Positions 1 through 8,225 of a stretch of DNA of 32,000 bases are shown here, one piece after another. A program made the position numbers and the translations under genes. The stretch lies in the NCBI RefSeq assembly GCF_000014785.1, contig NC_008340.1, positions 270,001-302,000 of the forward strand, in the 5' to 3' direction. The stretch comes from Alkalilimnicola ehrlichii MLHE-1 (GTDB taxonomy: Bacteria; Pseudomonadota; Gammaproteobacteria; Nitrococcales; Halorhodospiraceae). Below the pieces are notes generated by a model. That model was not told where the DNA came from. It searched no databases and saw only the letters and a list, made by a program, of their open reading frames with translations. How positions within the stretch are numbered: position 1 is the stretch's first letter; the number at the start of each line of letters is the position of its first letter.

Positions 1-135
1 CCCGCTGCAAGCCCGGTAGCGCGCGGTGTCCAGGTCGCCGACCAGGTTGGCCAGTTGCCGGAGAAAATGGCGGTTATCGTCCACCAGGCTGACGGTGACG
101 GGATGACCGTTCCTACATGCTTGTTGATACCCCAT
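1..135 (-). CDS. partial CDS, N-terminus only (MGYQQACRNGHPVTVSLVDDNRHFLRQLANLVGDLDTARYRACSG...), runs off the left edge; function unknown
   Basis: Open minus-strand frame with ATG at 133-135, AAGGA-like ribosome-binding site just upstream, and an in-frame stop further upstream. Co-directional with the next genes. Confidence 0.45.
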   Translation of the reverse strand, partial: MGYQQACRNGHPVTVSLVDDNRHFLRQLANLVGDLDTARYRACSG

Positions 136-283
136 GACTTCATCCTTTGGCTGGGCAGGCGACCCGGCGGGGCCGCGTCGTGTCGGCAACCCCCGGGGCC
201 GGTGTCATCGCCTGCGCTGCAATGGGATTGACCTCCTTCTGCCCGGGCGGACGGGGGTCACAGGCGAATGGGGCGGGGCGGCT

Positions 284-595
284 TCAGTAGCCGCCCTCAC
301 CCTCGGCCTCGCCTTCCGCTTCTCCTTCGGCCTCACCTTCCGCCTCACCTTCCGCTTCGCCCTCGGCCTCGGCCTCCGCCTCACCGGCGGCTTCCGCCTC
401 GCCGACCGCGGCCTCGGCTTCGCCCTCGCCCTCCGCGGCGGCCATCATCTGATAGCCGCTATCGGCCACCGCGTCCGACATGACGGCGTGAATGCCGGCG
501 CCACCGCCGACAATCGCCAGAACGGGGACGGTGTAGGCGACACTGCGCGACAAGGTGCGCAGCAGTTGCTGACGGACTGTCTTTTCCTCACTCAT
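284..595 (-). CDS. small ~103-aa protein with basic N-terminus, hydrophobic segment and Glu/Gly/Ala-repeat C-terminal tail ending in Tyr; candidate modified-peptide precursor or substrate
   Basis: MSEEKTVRQQLLRTLSRSVAYTVPVLAIVGGGAGIHAVMSDAVADSGYQMMAAAEGEGEAEAAVGEAEAAGEAEAEAEGEAEGEAEGEAEGEAEGEAEGEGGY*. An AGGAGG ribosome-binding site lies 5 nt before the ATG at 593-595. Confidence 0.75.
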   Translation of the reverse strand: MSEEKTVRQQLLRTLSRSVAYTVPVLAIVGGGAGIHAVMSDAVADSGYQMMAAAEGEGEAEAAVGEAEAAGEAEAEAEGEAEGEAEGEAEGEAEGEAEGEGGY

Positions 596-694
596 ATTGC
601 CTCCTGTCACTCGGTTGCGGACCCACCCGCATTTTCGAAGATCATGACGACCTTCCTGGGTTCAGAATGACCCGGGAGTCCCCCGGGGAAGGGA

Positions 695-1120
695 TCACGC
701 ATCGTTTCCTTTTGCTAACAAGTAAAGGGCCACGAATAGCAGGCTGACCTGGAACATCATGCCGCCCATCGGGTGGGTCGCCGTTGGCAGAAAGTGCCAC
801 TGGCCCCAATGCGCCATGAAAATAGCGCCCAGAAGGACCGGCACGGTGGCCAGCGCACCCAGCCGCGTCACCCAGCCGTTGGTGAAGGCACCTACAACCA
901 CCAGGATGCCGGCGCTGATCTCCGCCAGCGCCACCAGCAGTGCGATGACCAGGGGGAGACCCATCATCTCCGCCCAGGGGCCGATGCCCGCGCCCAGGAA
1001 TTTGTCGACACCCATGTAGGTGAAGACAGAGAAGATCACCGCCCGGAGTAACCAATGGGCATGGCGCTCCACCGTCTGCAGTTCTGTGTTGGCCGTCGAA
1101 ATTCCGGTTGTCATAAGCAT
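695..1120 (-). CDS. DoxX family membrane protein
   Basis: Translation MLMTTGISTANTELQTVERHAHWLLRAVIFSVFTYMGVDKFLG...WAEMMGLPLVIALLVALAEISAGILVVVGAFTN...RLGALATVPVLLGAIFMAHWGQWHF. Four hydrophobic segments and DoxX-like signatures; the longer ORF start runs into a repeat. Confidence 0.8.
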   Translation of the reverse strand: MLMTTGISTANTELQTVERHAHWLLRAVIFSVFTYMGVDKFLGAGIGPWAEMMGLPLVIALLVALAEISAGILVVVGAFTNGWVTRLGALATVPVLLGAIFMAHWGQWHFLPTATHPMGGMMFQVSLLFVALYLLAKGNDA

Positions 1121-1164
1121 CTGTTGCCACCCTCTGTTGTTGGCTAAGAAAACGCTGAAGGGCC

Positions 1165-1256
1165 GCCTTTCGTCATTGCGATTGCCGCGACGTGTTGCCC
1201 GTAGTGGGGCGAATGGATTGCTTCGTCGCTTCGCTCCTCGCAATGACGAGGTGTGG
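1165..1256. repeat. dispersed palindromic (REP/MITE-like) repeat, variant copy
   Basis: cgtcattgcgattgccgcgacg...tggattgcttcgtcgcttcgctcctcgcaatgacgag; inverted ends and the spurious translation SLRGAKRRSNP. Confidence 0.7.
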
Positions 1257-1349
1257 GAGCCCTTAACGTCCGATCCTTGATGCCTACAATAGAGGTGTGG
1301 GTCAGCGCCCGGTATCCGTAATAACACGCACTGCCGGGTGCACGGTTAA

Positions 1350-3839
1350 CTAGTTCGCTACTTTCTCCTTCCTCCCTTCCGGGTTGATCTCGCGCAGAAC
1401 GTCGTTCGCCGCACGGAGGGCGAGGTAGAGGTCGTCCCGATGCCCCACTGCGTAGACGGGTCGACCGGCCACCCAGTCGGCAAACTGTGACAGCGTTCGG
1501 CCATCCAGCCCGGTACCATCGTGGCGGGCCGTCTCCGGCAGCAGGTGGCCCAAGGCCTCGCGCAGGCCCAGCTGGCGGGCGATGCCCTGATCCCCGCTCG
1601 CGTCGTCGGGGGCGGCAATAAGGATCGCGGCCACCTCAACGGCATCGCGCGCCGGCGTGCCGGTCGCCGGCACCAGGTGGCCACGCTGGCCGAACCACCA
1701 AAGATGGGCAGTGGCGTCCGGCCCGTCGGGCTTTTCACCGGGCCGTGGGGTTGGCGCCGGCGTCGATGATCGTGGCTGGCGGAGCGGCAGCCCGAGGGAG
1801 CGGGCCCGGCCGCTGCCTTCCAGCGCAATGGCCGCGCCGCCGCTGGCGGTCTGGCCGTTCTCCCGGGCCAGGGCGAGGGCCAGGGCATCATCGCCGGTTG
1901 TATCGCCGCGGCAGACCAGCAGGGCGGCACCGGGATGGGACGGGCCGGCCGGGACCAGGGCGCCGGTGATCGCAATCTCCCCGACGTCGGGGGTGCGCCG
2001 CAACAGCGTCCGGACAAGCCAGGGGCCCAGCTCCGCAAGCCGCAGGTGCTCGGCGTCCACCTCACCGGCGATCAGCACGGTGTAGCCACGGCGCGAGCGG
2101 GCGATGTCCACCTCCAAGGCCTCCGCACCCGGTTCCGGCACAGCCAGCGGGGCCAGCAGCGGAAACAGCCGCCTTGCCGCCGGCTCGCTCCAAGTGCGCA
2201 GGTGCAATGCCTGCTGCCCGAGCCGCAGTGCCATGGCGTGGGGGGCATCGGCGGTGCGGGGTGCCGCGGCGCCAGAGGCGGAGGCTACGCCGTCCGCGGG
2301 TGTCTCGCAGGGCGCACCATCCGGGCATTGCACCAGCAGCCCCGCCTCGGCCCAGTCCGCCAGGGCCTCCCACACCTGTTGCTGTAGGGTGTTCGGGTCC
2401 GCGCCCTGCAGGGTCTGGTGCAATGCCGCGACGATCTCGTCCGGGCGCTTACCCATGGTGGCGTGCAGCCAGATGAGCGCGGCGGTGGGGTTGGTGGCGT
2501 AGAGCGCCTGGCGGGCCTCGCCGTAGAGGAGCAGTTCATCCCCGGAGATCACCTCCGCGACCTGCCAACGCTGCAGGGTGGGCCGGGCAACCGGTTGGGT
2601 GCTCAGGCCGTCGGCCAGCGCCACATCGGCGAAGCGGGGCAGCGGGAAACAGGAGAGGTAATGCGCCGCATCCGCGGCCGGCAGTATGCGCTGAAAGCCG
2701 CCGGCGTGGCGCGCCTCCCGCTCGGCCGCCGCGCGCCACTGGCCCACCGGGTCGTCGCCGGCGCCCTCGGCGGTGGGTTTCGGGTCGTTGAGGCCGGTCA
2801 TGGTTACCACGTCGGTCACCAGCCGGCGCTTGATGGCCGCCTCGATGTCGCCGCCATCCTCCGGCGCGGCGCACACGCCCAGCGACGGGCTGAGGTTGCA
2901 TTCCAGCAGCCAGGGCCGGATCCGGTCATCCACCAGGCAGTCCATGCCGATCAGCTCGTAGCAGCCCGCCTGATCCGCACCATGGTGCTGCAACTGGGCC
3001 CGCAGGTTCTCCCGTGCCGCGATCGTGGTCAGGGCCACAATGTCGCGCAACCGGTCGAACAGCGCCTCATCGTCGTGGCCCTGCTCGCGCAGCCAGTGGC
3101 GGTAACGCTGCAGGTCCACGAACACCACCGGGTCGTCGGCGGCCTCATTGAGCGCGTTGACGTCGGGGTTGGTGAGGTGGACGTAGGGGTTGTCGGCATC
3201 CTCCAGGCTGTAGGGCATGGAGGCGAGCTTGGCGAACCCCTGCTCATAGAGGTAGACCCGCAGCGGCTCCACCGAGGTGATCAGCACATAGAGGCGCAGG
3301 ACGTACTTGCGCTGGTTCATCAGGTGCGGCCGGCTGAGGTATTCCTGCACCATCCAGCGCTCGCCAGTGGGTACCTCGGCGACGTCCGAGACCAGCGAGA
3401 TGTCCTTGCCCCGTGCGGCGTTCTTGGGCTTGAGCAGCCAGCGCTTGTCGGGATGGGCGGCGGCGTGGGCCTGCAGGGCGTGGTAGTCGCCCGGCATGCT
3501 GAAGACCTGGGGCACGAAATCGGCCCGCGCCAGGTCCGGGTGCCCGGCGGGACGGCTGGCCACCAGGCGGCGCTGCAGGGCGTGCACGGTCTGGTAGAGG
3601 CGGCTTTTGACCGTCAGGCAGTTGTTGCCGGGGATGTGGTTGACGGTACGCCCGGGGCCGGTCTGCCGGAAGACCTCTTTGGGCGGCATGCCGGTGTACC
3701 AGCAGGCATCCCAGTGCTCGGCGTCCCCGGGTTGCCACAGGGCCGGGTCGAGCGCCTGCTCGAAAAAAATATCCTGCTCACGTTTACGCTTGCCGCCCAG
3801 CCAGAAACGGCGGGGTGCTGGGTTGGCGGATTCGGTCAT
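1350..3839 (-). CDS. 829-aa fusion protein: TTL-like ATP-grasp domain, PqqD-like domain, C-terminal HprK-like domain
   Basis: TTL-like motifs: KSRLYQTVHAL, KRWLLKPKNAARGKDISLVSD, WMVQEYLSRPHLMNQRKYVLRLYVLITSVEPLRVYLY, YVHLTNPDVN, CYELIGMDCLVDDRIRPWLLECNLSPSLG. PqqD-like: LLLYGEARQALYATNPTAALIWLHATMGKRPDEIVAALHQTL. HprK-like: AALLVCRGDTTGDDALALALARENG...SLGLPLRQPR. GGGG-type ribosome-binding site before the ATG. Confidence 0.85.
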   Translation of the reverse strand: MTESANPAPRRFWLGGKRKREQDIFFEQALDPALWQPGDAEHWDACWYTGMPPKEVFRQTGPGRTVNHIPGNNCLTVKSRLYQTVHALQRRLVASRPAGHPDLARADFVPQVFSMPGDYHALQAHAAAHPDKRWLLKPKNAARGKDISLVSDVAEVPTGERWMVQEYLSRPHLMNQRKYVLRLYVLITSVEPLRVYLYEQGFAKLASMPYSLEDADNPYVHLTNPDVNALNEAADDPVVFVDLQRYRHWLREQGHDDEALFDRLRDIVALTTIAARENLRAQLQHHGADQAGCYELIGMDCLVDDRIRPWLLECNLSPSLGVCAAPEDGGDIEAAIKRRLVTDVVTMTGLNDPKPTAEGAGDDPVGQWRAAAEREARHAGGFQRILPAADAAHYLSCFPLPRFADVALADGLSTQPVARPTLQRWQVAEVISGDELLLYGEARQALYATNPTAALIWLHATMGKRPDEIVAALHQTLQGADPNTLQQQVWEALADWAEAGLLVQCPDGAPCETPADGVASASGAAAPRTADAPHAMALRLGQQALHLRTWSEPAARRLFPLLAPLAVPEPGAEALEVDIARSRRGYTVLIAGEVDAEHLRLAELGPWLVRTLLRRTPDVGEIAITGALVPAGPSHPGAALLVCRGDTTGDDALALALARENGQTASGGAAIALEGSGRARSLGLPLRQPRSSTPAPTPRPGEKPDGPDATAHLWWFGQRGHLVPATGTPARDAVEVAAILIAAPDDASGDQGIARQLGLREALGHLLPETARHDGTGLDGRTLSQFADWVAGRPVYAVGHRDDLYLALRAANDVLREINPEGRKEKVAN

Positions 3840-3983
3840 CGGTTCCCCCTGTTCAGCGAACGGCCGCAGCCACCTCGCGGCGCAATGATTACTGAAAGGC
3901 TAGGGGTGGGGCCGGGGGGGCGGTATGAGGGAAACTACGTATGACGGATCGCCGGGGTTGTGCTTGCCCACGGTGGCGGACAC

Positions 3984-4007
3984 AAAAAAGCCCGCCGGGG
4001 GCGGGCT
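3984..4007 (-). terminator. rho-independent terminator downstream of tRNA-Lys
   Basis: Minus strand AAGCCCGCC-CCC-GGCGGGCTTTTTTG hairpin followed by a T run. Confidence 0.75.
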
Positions 4008-4055
4008 TGAAGCTCGGTCCGGAGCACAGGAAACGGCTCCGGTTTTGTTGTTGTC

Positions 4056-4131
4056 TGGTGGGTCGTGTAGGACTCGAACCTACGACCAGCGGGTTAAAAG
4101 CCCGATGCTCTACCAGCTGAGCTAACGACCC
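4056..4131 (-). tRNA. tRNA-Lys(TTT) with encoded CCA
   Basis: Minus strand GGGTCGTTAGCTCAGCTGGTAGAGCATCGGGCTTTTAACCCGCTGGTCGTAGGTTCGAGTCCTACACGACCCACCA; full cloverleaf with a TTT anticodon. Confidence 0.97.
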
Positions 4132-4207
4132 AAATGAGGGCGCAAATTCTAGCCGAAGCCGGTGGCCTTGGCAATCCTGGGTGTGCTGCCCGCCCCCACC
4201 GCCCCCA

Positions 4208-4430
4208 CCGTCACTGCGAGGAGGCGAAGCCGACGCGGCAGTCTACCGCCCTGGATCGCCACGGCGCTGCGCGCCTCGCGATGACGGGGGAAAGGCCTTC
4301 GGCCCTCGCGATGATGGCCACTCCCCCGTCACTGCGAGGAGGCGAAGCCGACGCGGCAGTCTACCGCTCTGGATCGCCGCGGCGCTGCGCGCCTCGCGAT
4401 GACGGGTGAAAGCCTTCGGCCCTCGCGATG
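4208..4430. repeat. two near-identical copies of the dispersed repeat plus short tail fragments
   Basis: gtcactgcgaggaggcgaagccgacgcggcagtctaccgc(c/t)ctggatcgcc(a/g)cggcgctgcgcgcctcgcgatgacggg at ~4210 and ~4328, followed by extra aagccttcggccctcgcgatgacg units. Confidence 0.85.
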
Positions 4431-4466
4431 ACGAGGGGGCGGCGCCTCCCGAGGATGGCCGTCACG

Positions 4467-5303
4467 TCACAGGCCGCGTTCGCGCATCAGCTCCAGGCGT
4501 TGCTCGGCCAGGCTGGCGGCGGTGGTGCCGCGGTGTTCGTTACGGGTGGCCTGAAGCAGCTCCCGGGCCTCGTCGTAGCGCTCCTGCTCGAAGCGGACGA
4601 AGCCGAGCTTGAGCTTGGCGTCGGCAGCCTTGTTGCTGTCCGGGTGGTCCGCCAGCAGCCGCTCGAACTCCTCGCCGGCGCGGTCGAACTCACGCTCGGC
4701 GTACCAGGTCTCGGCCAACCAGTAGCGTGCGTTGGCGCTGAACTCACCGTCCGGGTGATCGTCCAGTAGCGCCTCGAAGGCCTGACCGGCACGGCGGAAC
4801 CGCCCCTCGGTGATCAGCTGGAAGGCGGCCTGATAGCGGTCGGCCTCACTGCGGGCATCGGTGTCCGCCGGCGTGGTGGGGGTCTCATCCTCGATATCGG
4901 GCACCGGCACCGCTGCGGTGTCGGGGTCGTCATCGTGCGCCGGGTCCAGGTCCGGCACCGGGATCGCGGTATCGGCGGGCGGGGCCGGCGCCGGGGCGCC
5001 GCGGGCCAGCTCCTGCAGGCGCTCGTCCAGATCCAGGTAGTGGTCCTGCTGGCGCTCGCGGAGCTGGCGCACCTCACGGCTCAGTTCCTCCACCTGCCCG
5101 CGCAGTTCGCGGTTCTCCTGTTTGAGCCGCTCCAGGTCGTTCGCCATGTTGATCAGGGTGGAGCTCTCCAGTCGGCGCTCCAGCCGTTCCACCCGGTCTT
5201 CCAGGGCCTGGGCCTGCAGCGGGACGGCGGCCGCCAGGGCCGCCGCCACGCACATGCCCATCAGCCGTTTGCCGGCCTTCTGCATGTGGGACTCCCGTCT
5301 CAT
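4467..5303 (-). CDS. cpoB: Tol-Pal system protein CpoB/YbgF
   Basis: Signal peptide, N-terminal coiled coil (LEDRVERLERRLES...LERLKQENRELRGQVEELSREVRQLRERQ), C-terminal TPR (YQAAFQLITEGRFRRAGQAFEALLDDHPDGEFSANARYWLAETWYAEREFDRA), and position after pal. Confidence 0.93.
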   Translation of the reverse strand: MRRESHMQKAGKRLMGMCVAAALAAAVPLQAQALEDRVERLERRLESSTLINMANDLERLKQENRELRGQVEELSREVRQLRERQQDHYLDLDERLQELARGAPAPAPPADTAIPVPDLDPAHDDDPDTAAVPVPDIEDETPTTPADTDARSEADRYQAAFQLITEGRFRRAGQAFEALLDDHPDGEFSANARYWLAETWYAEREFDRAGEEFERLLADHPDSNKAADAKLKLGFVRFEQERYDEARELLQATRNEHRGTTAASLAEQRLELMRERGL

Positions 5304-5854
5304 TGACGATAGATGAGCTCGGCGCGCCGGTTCTGCTGCCAGGCCTCTTCATTGGAGCCCAGGGCGACCGGGTTTTCCTCGCCGTAGCTGGTGACCTCGA
5401 GTTGGTCCTCGTCGACCCCGTTGAGCACCATGATGCGCTTGACCGCCTCGGCGCGGCGCTCACCCAGGGCCAGGTTGTACTCGCGGCTGCCCCGCTCGTC
5501 GGTGTGGCCTTCGATGGTCATGCGCCGGTCCGGGTGACCGCTGAGGAAGCGGGCGTGGGCCTCGATGACCGGCATGTCCTCATTGCGGATCTCACTGCGG
5601 TCGAAGTCGAAGTACACGGTCTGGCGCGAGAGCGGCCCCTCGGGGTCATCCATCAGCGCGCTGATGAAGGGGTCGGAGGGGTCGAGACCGCGGGCGCGGG
5701 CCTCTTCCAGGCGCTGTTCACTCCAGTCCTCGTCGGCCATCCGCTCGCGGTCGCTGACCCGGCGGTCGTCGGTCTCCACGTCGGTGACGGTGGCGCAGGC
5801 GGCCAGGAACAGACCGGCGATAGCCAGGGCAATCCAGTTTTGCAGTTGCTTCAT
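5300..5854 (-). CDS. pal: peptidoglycan-associated lipoprotein Pal
   Basis: Lipobox LAACA and OmpA-like C-terminus (VYFDFDRSEIRNEDMPVIEAHARFL...TIEGHTDERGSREYNLALGERRAEAVK). Confidence 0.95.
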   Translation of the reverse strand: MKQLQNWIALAIAGLFLAACATVTDVETDDRRVSDRERMADEDWSEQRLEEARARGLDPSDPFISALMDDPEGPLSRQTVYFDFDRSEIRNEDMPVIEAHARFLSGHPDRRMTIEGHTDERGSREYNLALGERRAEAVKRIMVLNGVDEDQLEVTSYGEENPVALGSNEEAWQQNRRAELIYRQ

Positions 5855-5918
5855 GTCATACTCCCTTACTTGAACGTCCTTGGTTCATGGTGAAGTGCCT
5901 GGTTCGGAGCGAATCCGG

Positions 5919-7205
5919 TTACCAGGCGGGTTCGCGGGTCAATCCGCCGGCGCGGGGCAAGGCCTGGTTGGCCCGGCCGTGCACGGAGACCGTGCGCAGC
6001 CTGGAGTCGCCGCTGCCACCGGCAGAGTACATGATCATATCGCCGTTGGGGGCGAATACGGGCGACTCATCCCACGGGCCGTCGGTGAGCACCCGGGTGC
6101 GGTCGCTCTCCAGATCGTGCACGGCGATGCGGAAGCTGCCGTTGTGCCGGTGCACCATGGCGATCCGCCGGCCGTCGGGGGACCAATTGGGCCGGGCGTT
6201 GTAGTCCCCGTCGAAGGTCACCCGTTCCACCCCGCCCGGGCCGTTCACCGCCAGGGTGTAGACCTGCGGCCGTCCGCCGCGGTCGGAGGTGAAGGCGATC
6301 CGCTCCCCGTCGGGTGAGAAAGTCGGCTCGGTGTCGATGGCCCAGTGGTCGGTCAGCCGGCGGACATGACCGTCGTCCAGCCGCAGCAGGTAGATGTTGG
6401 CACGCCCGTCCCGGGAGAGGGTGACGGCCAGGTGTCGCCCGTCCGGTGACCAGGCGGGGGCGCTGTTAATGCCGCGGAAGCTGGCGATCCGGTCGCGCTG
6501 GCCACTGCGCAGATTCTGGACGTAGATCTCGGAGCGACCGCCCTCGAAGGAGACGTAGGCCAAGCGGTCGCGCTCTGGCGACCAGGCCGGTGACATGATC
6601 GGCTGGCGCGACTCGAGGATCTCCCGCGGGCGCTGGCCGTCGGCATCGGCCACCATCAGCCGGTGGATGCGTTGGTCGTTGCGCTCTTCCACCTGGACAT
6701 AGGCGATCTGGGTGCCGAACACCCCGGGCAGACCCACTACCTCCTCGAAGACGATGTCGCTGATGGCGTGGGCCAGGCTGCGCAGGTTGTCCGGGTGCAG
6801 GCGGTAGCGCCGGCCCTCGATGCGGTTGCCGCGGAAGACGTCCAGCAGCTCGAAGGTGACCGAGACCCGGTGGCCGTCCATCTCCATCCGCCCGGTAACC
6901 AGGTAGTCCATGCCCAGGGCGCGCCAAGCCGAGAAGCGGGTGTCGTCCAGGCCGGCGGGGCGGGCCACCAGCTCCTCCCGGGGCAGGACCTCGAAGCGGC
7001 CGCTGCGCGCCAGGTTGTCGCTGATCACCCGGGCGATGTCCTGATCGGGGGTGGGAATTTCGCCGGTGACCGCAAAGGGGATGACGGCCACGGGCATGGC
7101 GCCCTCCTGGCCACCGATCACGTCGATGATGTCGTCGGCGTGGGCGGCCTGCAGCCCCACCAGCAGGAGGGCCAGGGTGCAAACGGTCTGGTAAAGGCGG
7201 CGCAT
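5919..7205 (-). CDS. tolB: Tol-Pal system beta-propeller protein TolB
   Basis: TolB beta-propeller repeats (PAWSPDGRHLAVTLSRDGRANIYLL, PTFSPDGERIAFTSDRGGRPQVYTL, PNWSPDGRRIAMVHRHNGSFRIAVHDL) and a signal peptide; start chosen at MRRLYQ. Confidence 0.95.
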   Translation of the reverse strand: MRRLYQTVCTLALLLVGLQAAHADDIIDVIGGQEGAMPVAVIPFAVTGEIPTPDQDIARVISDNLARSGRFEVLPREELVARPAGLDDTRFSAWRALGMDYLVTGRMEMDGHRVSVTFELLDVFRGNRIEGRRYRLHPDNLRSLAHAISDIVFEEVVGLPGVFGTQIAYVQVEERNDQRIHRLMVADADGQRPREILESRQPIMSPAWSPERDRLAYVSFEGGRSEIYVQNLRSGQRDRIASFRGINSAPAWSPDGRHLAVTLSRDGRANIYLLRLDDGHVRRLTDHWAIDTEPTFSPDGERIAFTSDRGGRPQVYTLAVNGPGGVERVTFDGDYNARPNWSPDGRRIAMVHRHNGSFRIAVHDLESDRTRVLTDGPWDESPVFAPNGDMIMYSAGGSGDSRLRTVSVHGRANQALPRAGGLTREPAW

Positions 7206-7222
7206 GGCGTTACCTGTGCTGA

Positions 7223-8224
7223 TCATCGGTCCGGCGCGAAGCGGTAGGTGCGTTCGCGCAGCTCTCGGTTGGCGTCGTCGTCATCGGGCATGGGCAGCGG
7301 CGCGGCGCGGTAAGCGGCCCGGACCACCGAGGCGTCAAAGGCGTCGTTGCCGCTGCCGCGGGTGATGGTCACCTCCTGCACGTCGCCGTGGCGGGACAGG
7401 CGGATGCGCACCAGGGCCTCCAGGCCGGCCGGGGTGCCGCTGGGGCGAACCCAGGCGCGGCGCAGCTCGGCGCTGATCCGGCCGGCGTAACTGCCCACCG
7501 TCTGTTGCACCTCGCGGGCGCGGCGCTCGGCCTCGATGGCCTCCTGGCGGGCGCGCTCCTCGGCCTGGCGCTGGCGCTCCAGCTCCTCCTGCCGGCGGCG
7601 TTCTTCCTCCTGACGCTGCCGTTCTGCCTCTTCCTGGCGCCGACGTTCTTCCTCCTGGCGCTGACGCTCCAGCTCTTCCTGGCGCCGGCGCTCTTCCTCC
7701 TGGCGCTGACGTTCTTCCTCTTCCTGACGCCGCCGTTCTTCCTCCTGGCGCCGGCGTTCCTCTTCCTCCTGGCGCCGCTGTTCCTCCTCGCGGCGCAGTC
7801 GCTCGGCCTCTTCCTGCTGGCGGCGCTCCTCTTCGCGCCGGGCCTGCTCCTCGGCCTCGCGCCGCGCCTGTTCGGCCTCCTCGCGCCGCTGCTGTTCCAG
7901 CCGCTCCTGCTCGCGGCGCTCCGCCTCCCGCCGGCGTTGTTCCTCCTCCTGGCGCCGGCGTTCCTCCTCGGCCTGACGGCGGGCCTCTTCCTCGGCGGCC
8001 TCGCGCTCGCGGATGGGGGCCATGGCCACCTCTTCATCCACCGCGAACGCCTCGATAATCTCGCCGTCGCCGGCATGCTCCTCGGTGGCCTGGGGCAGCA
8101 GCGAGACATTGGCGAAAAAGAGCCCGAAGATGAGTACGTGCAGCAGGATCGAGGCCGCAACGTAACGGCCCGGCCGGACCGGGGGTGTCTGTCGCGCCCC
8201 CTTGGGCCGCTCAGGAGGCGTCAT
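7223..8224 (-). CDS. tolA: cell envelope integrity protein TolA with long E/R/Q coiled-coil repeat region
   Basis: N-terminal TM (VAASILLHVLIFGLFFANVSL), Glu/Arg/Gln-rich repeats, TonB/TolA-like C-terminus (VRIRLSRHGDVQEVTITRGSGNDAFDASVVRAAYRAAPLPMP), and locus order. Confidence 0.93.
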   Translation of the reverse strand: MTPPERPKGARQTPPVRPGRYVAASILLHVLIFGLFFANVSLLPQATEEHAGDGEIIEAFAVDEEVAMAPIREREAAEEEARRQAEEERRRQEEEQRRREAERREQERLEQQRREEAEQARREAEEQARREEERRQQEEAERLRREEEQRRQEEEERRRQEEERRRQEEEERQRQEEERRRQEELERQRQEEERRRQEEAERQRQEEERRRQEELERQRQAEERARQEAIEAERRAREVQQTVGSYAGRISAELRRAWVRPSGTPAGLEALVRIRLSRHGDVQEVTITRGSGNDAFDASVVRAAYRAAPLPMPDDDDANRELRERTYRFAPDR

Positions 8225-8225
8225 G

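Noticed and set aside
134-670. 178-aa plus-strand ORF opposite the small acidic protein
   Set aside because: Antisense to a gene with a strong ribosome-binding site; its repetitive FRFALGLGLRL... translation is just the complement of the EGEA repeat codons.
2418-3944. 508-aa plus-strand ORF opposite the TTL fusion gene
   Set aside because: GC-rich antisense shadow ORF; the minus frame carries clear TTL and PqqD-like motifs.
4020-4050. Plus-strand hairpin CCGGAGC...GCTCCGG followed by TTTTGTTGTT near tRNA-Lys
   Set aside because: It looks like a plus-strand terminator, but no plus-strand gene upstream needs one. The minus-strand terminator at 3984-4007 accounts for the tRNA; left unassigned.
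4134-4409. ORFs with HCEEAKPTRQS / SLRGGEADAAVY peptides
   Set aside because: Well-known spurious translations of a dispersed palindromic repeat; recorded as repeats instead.
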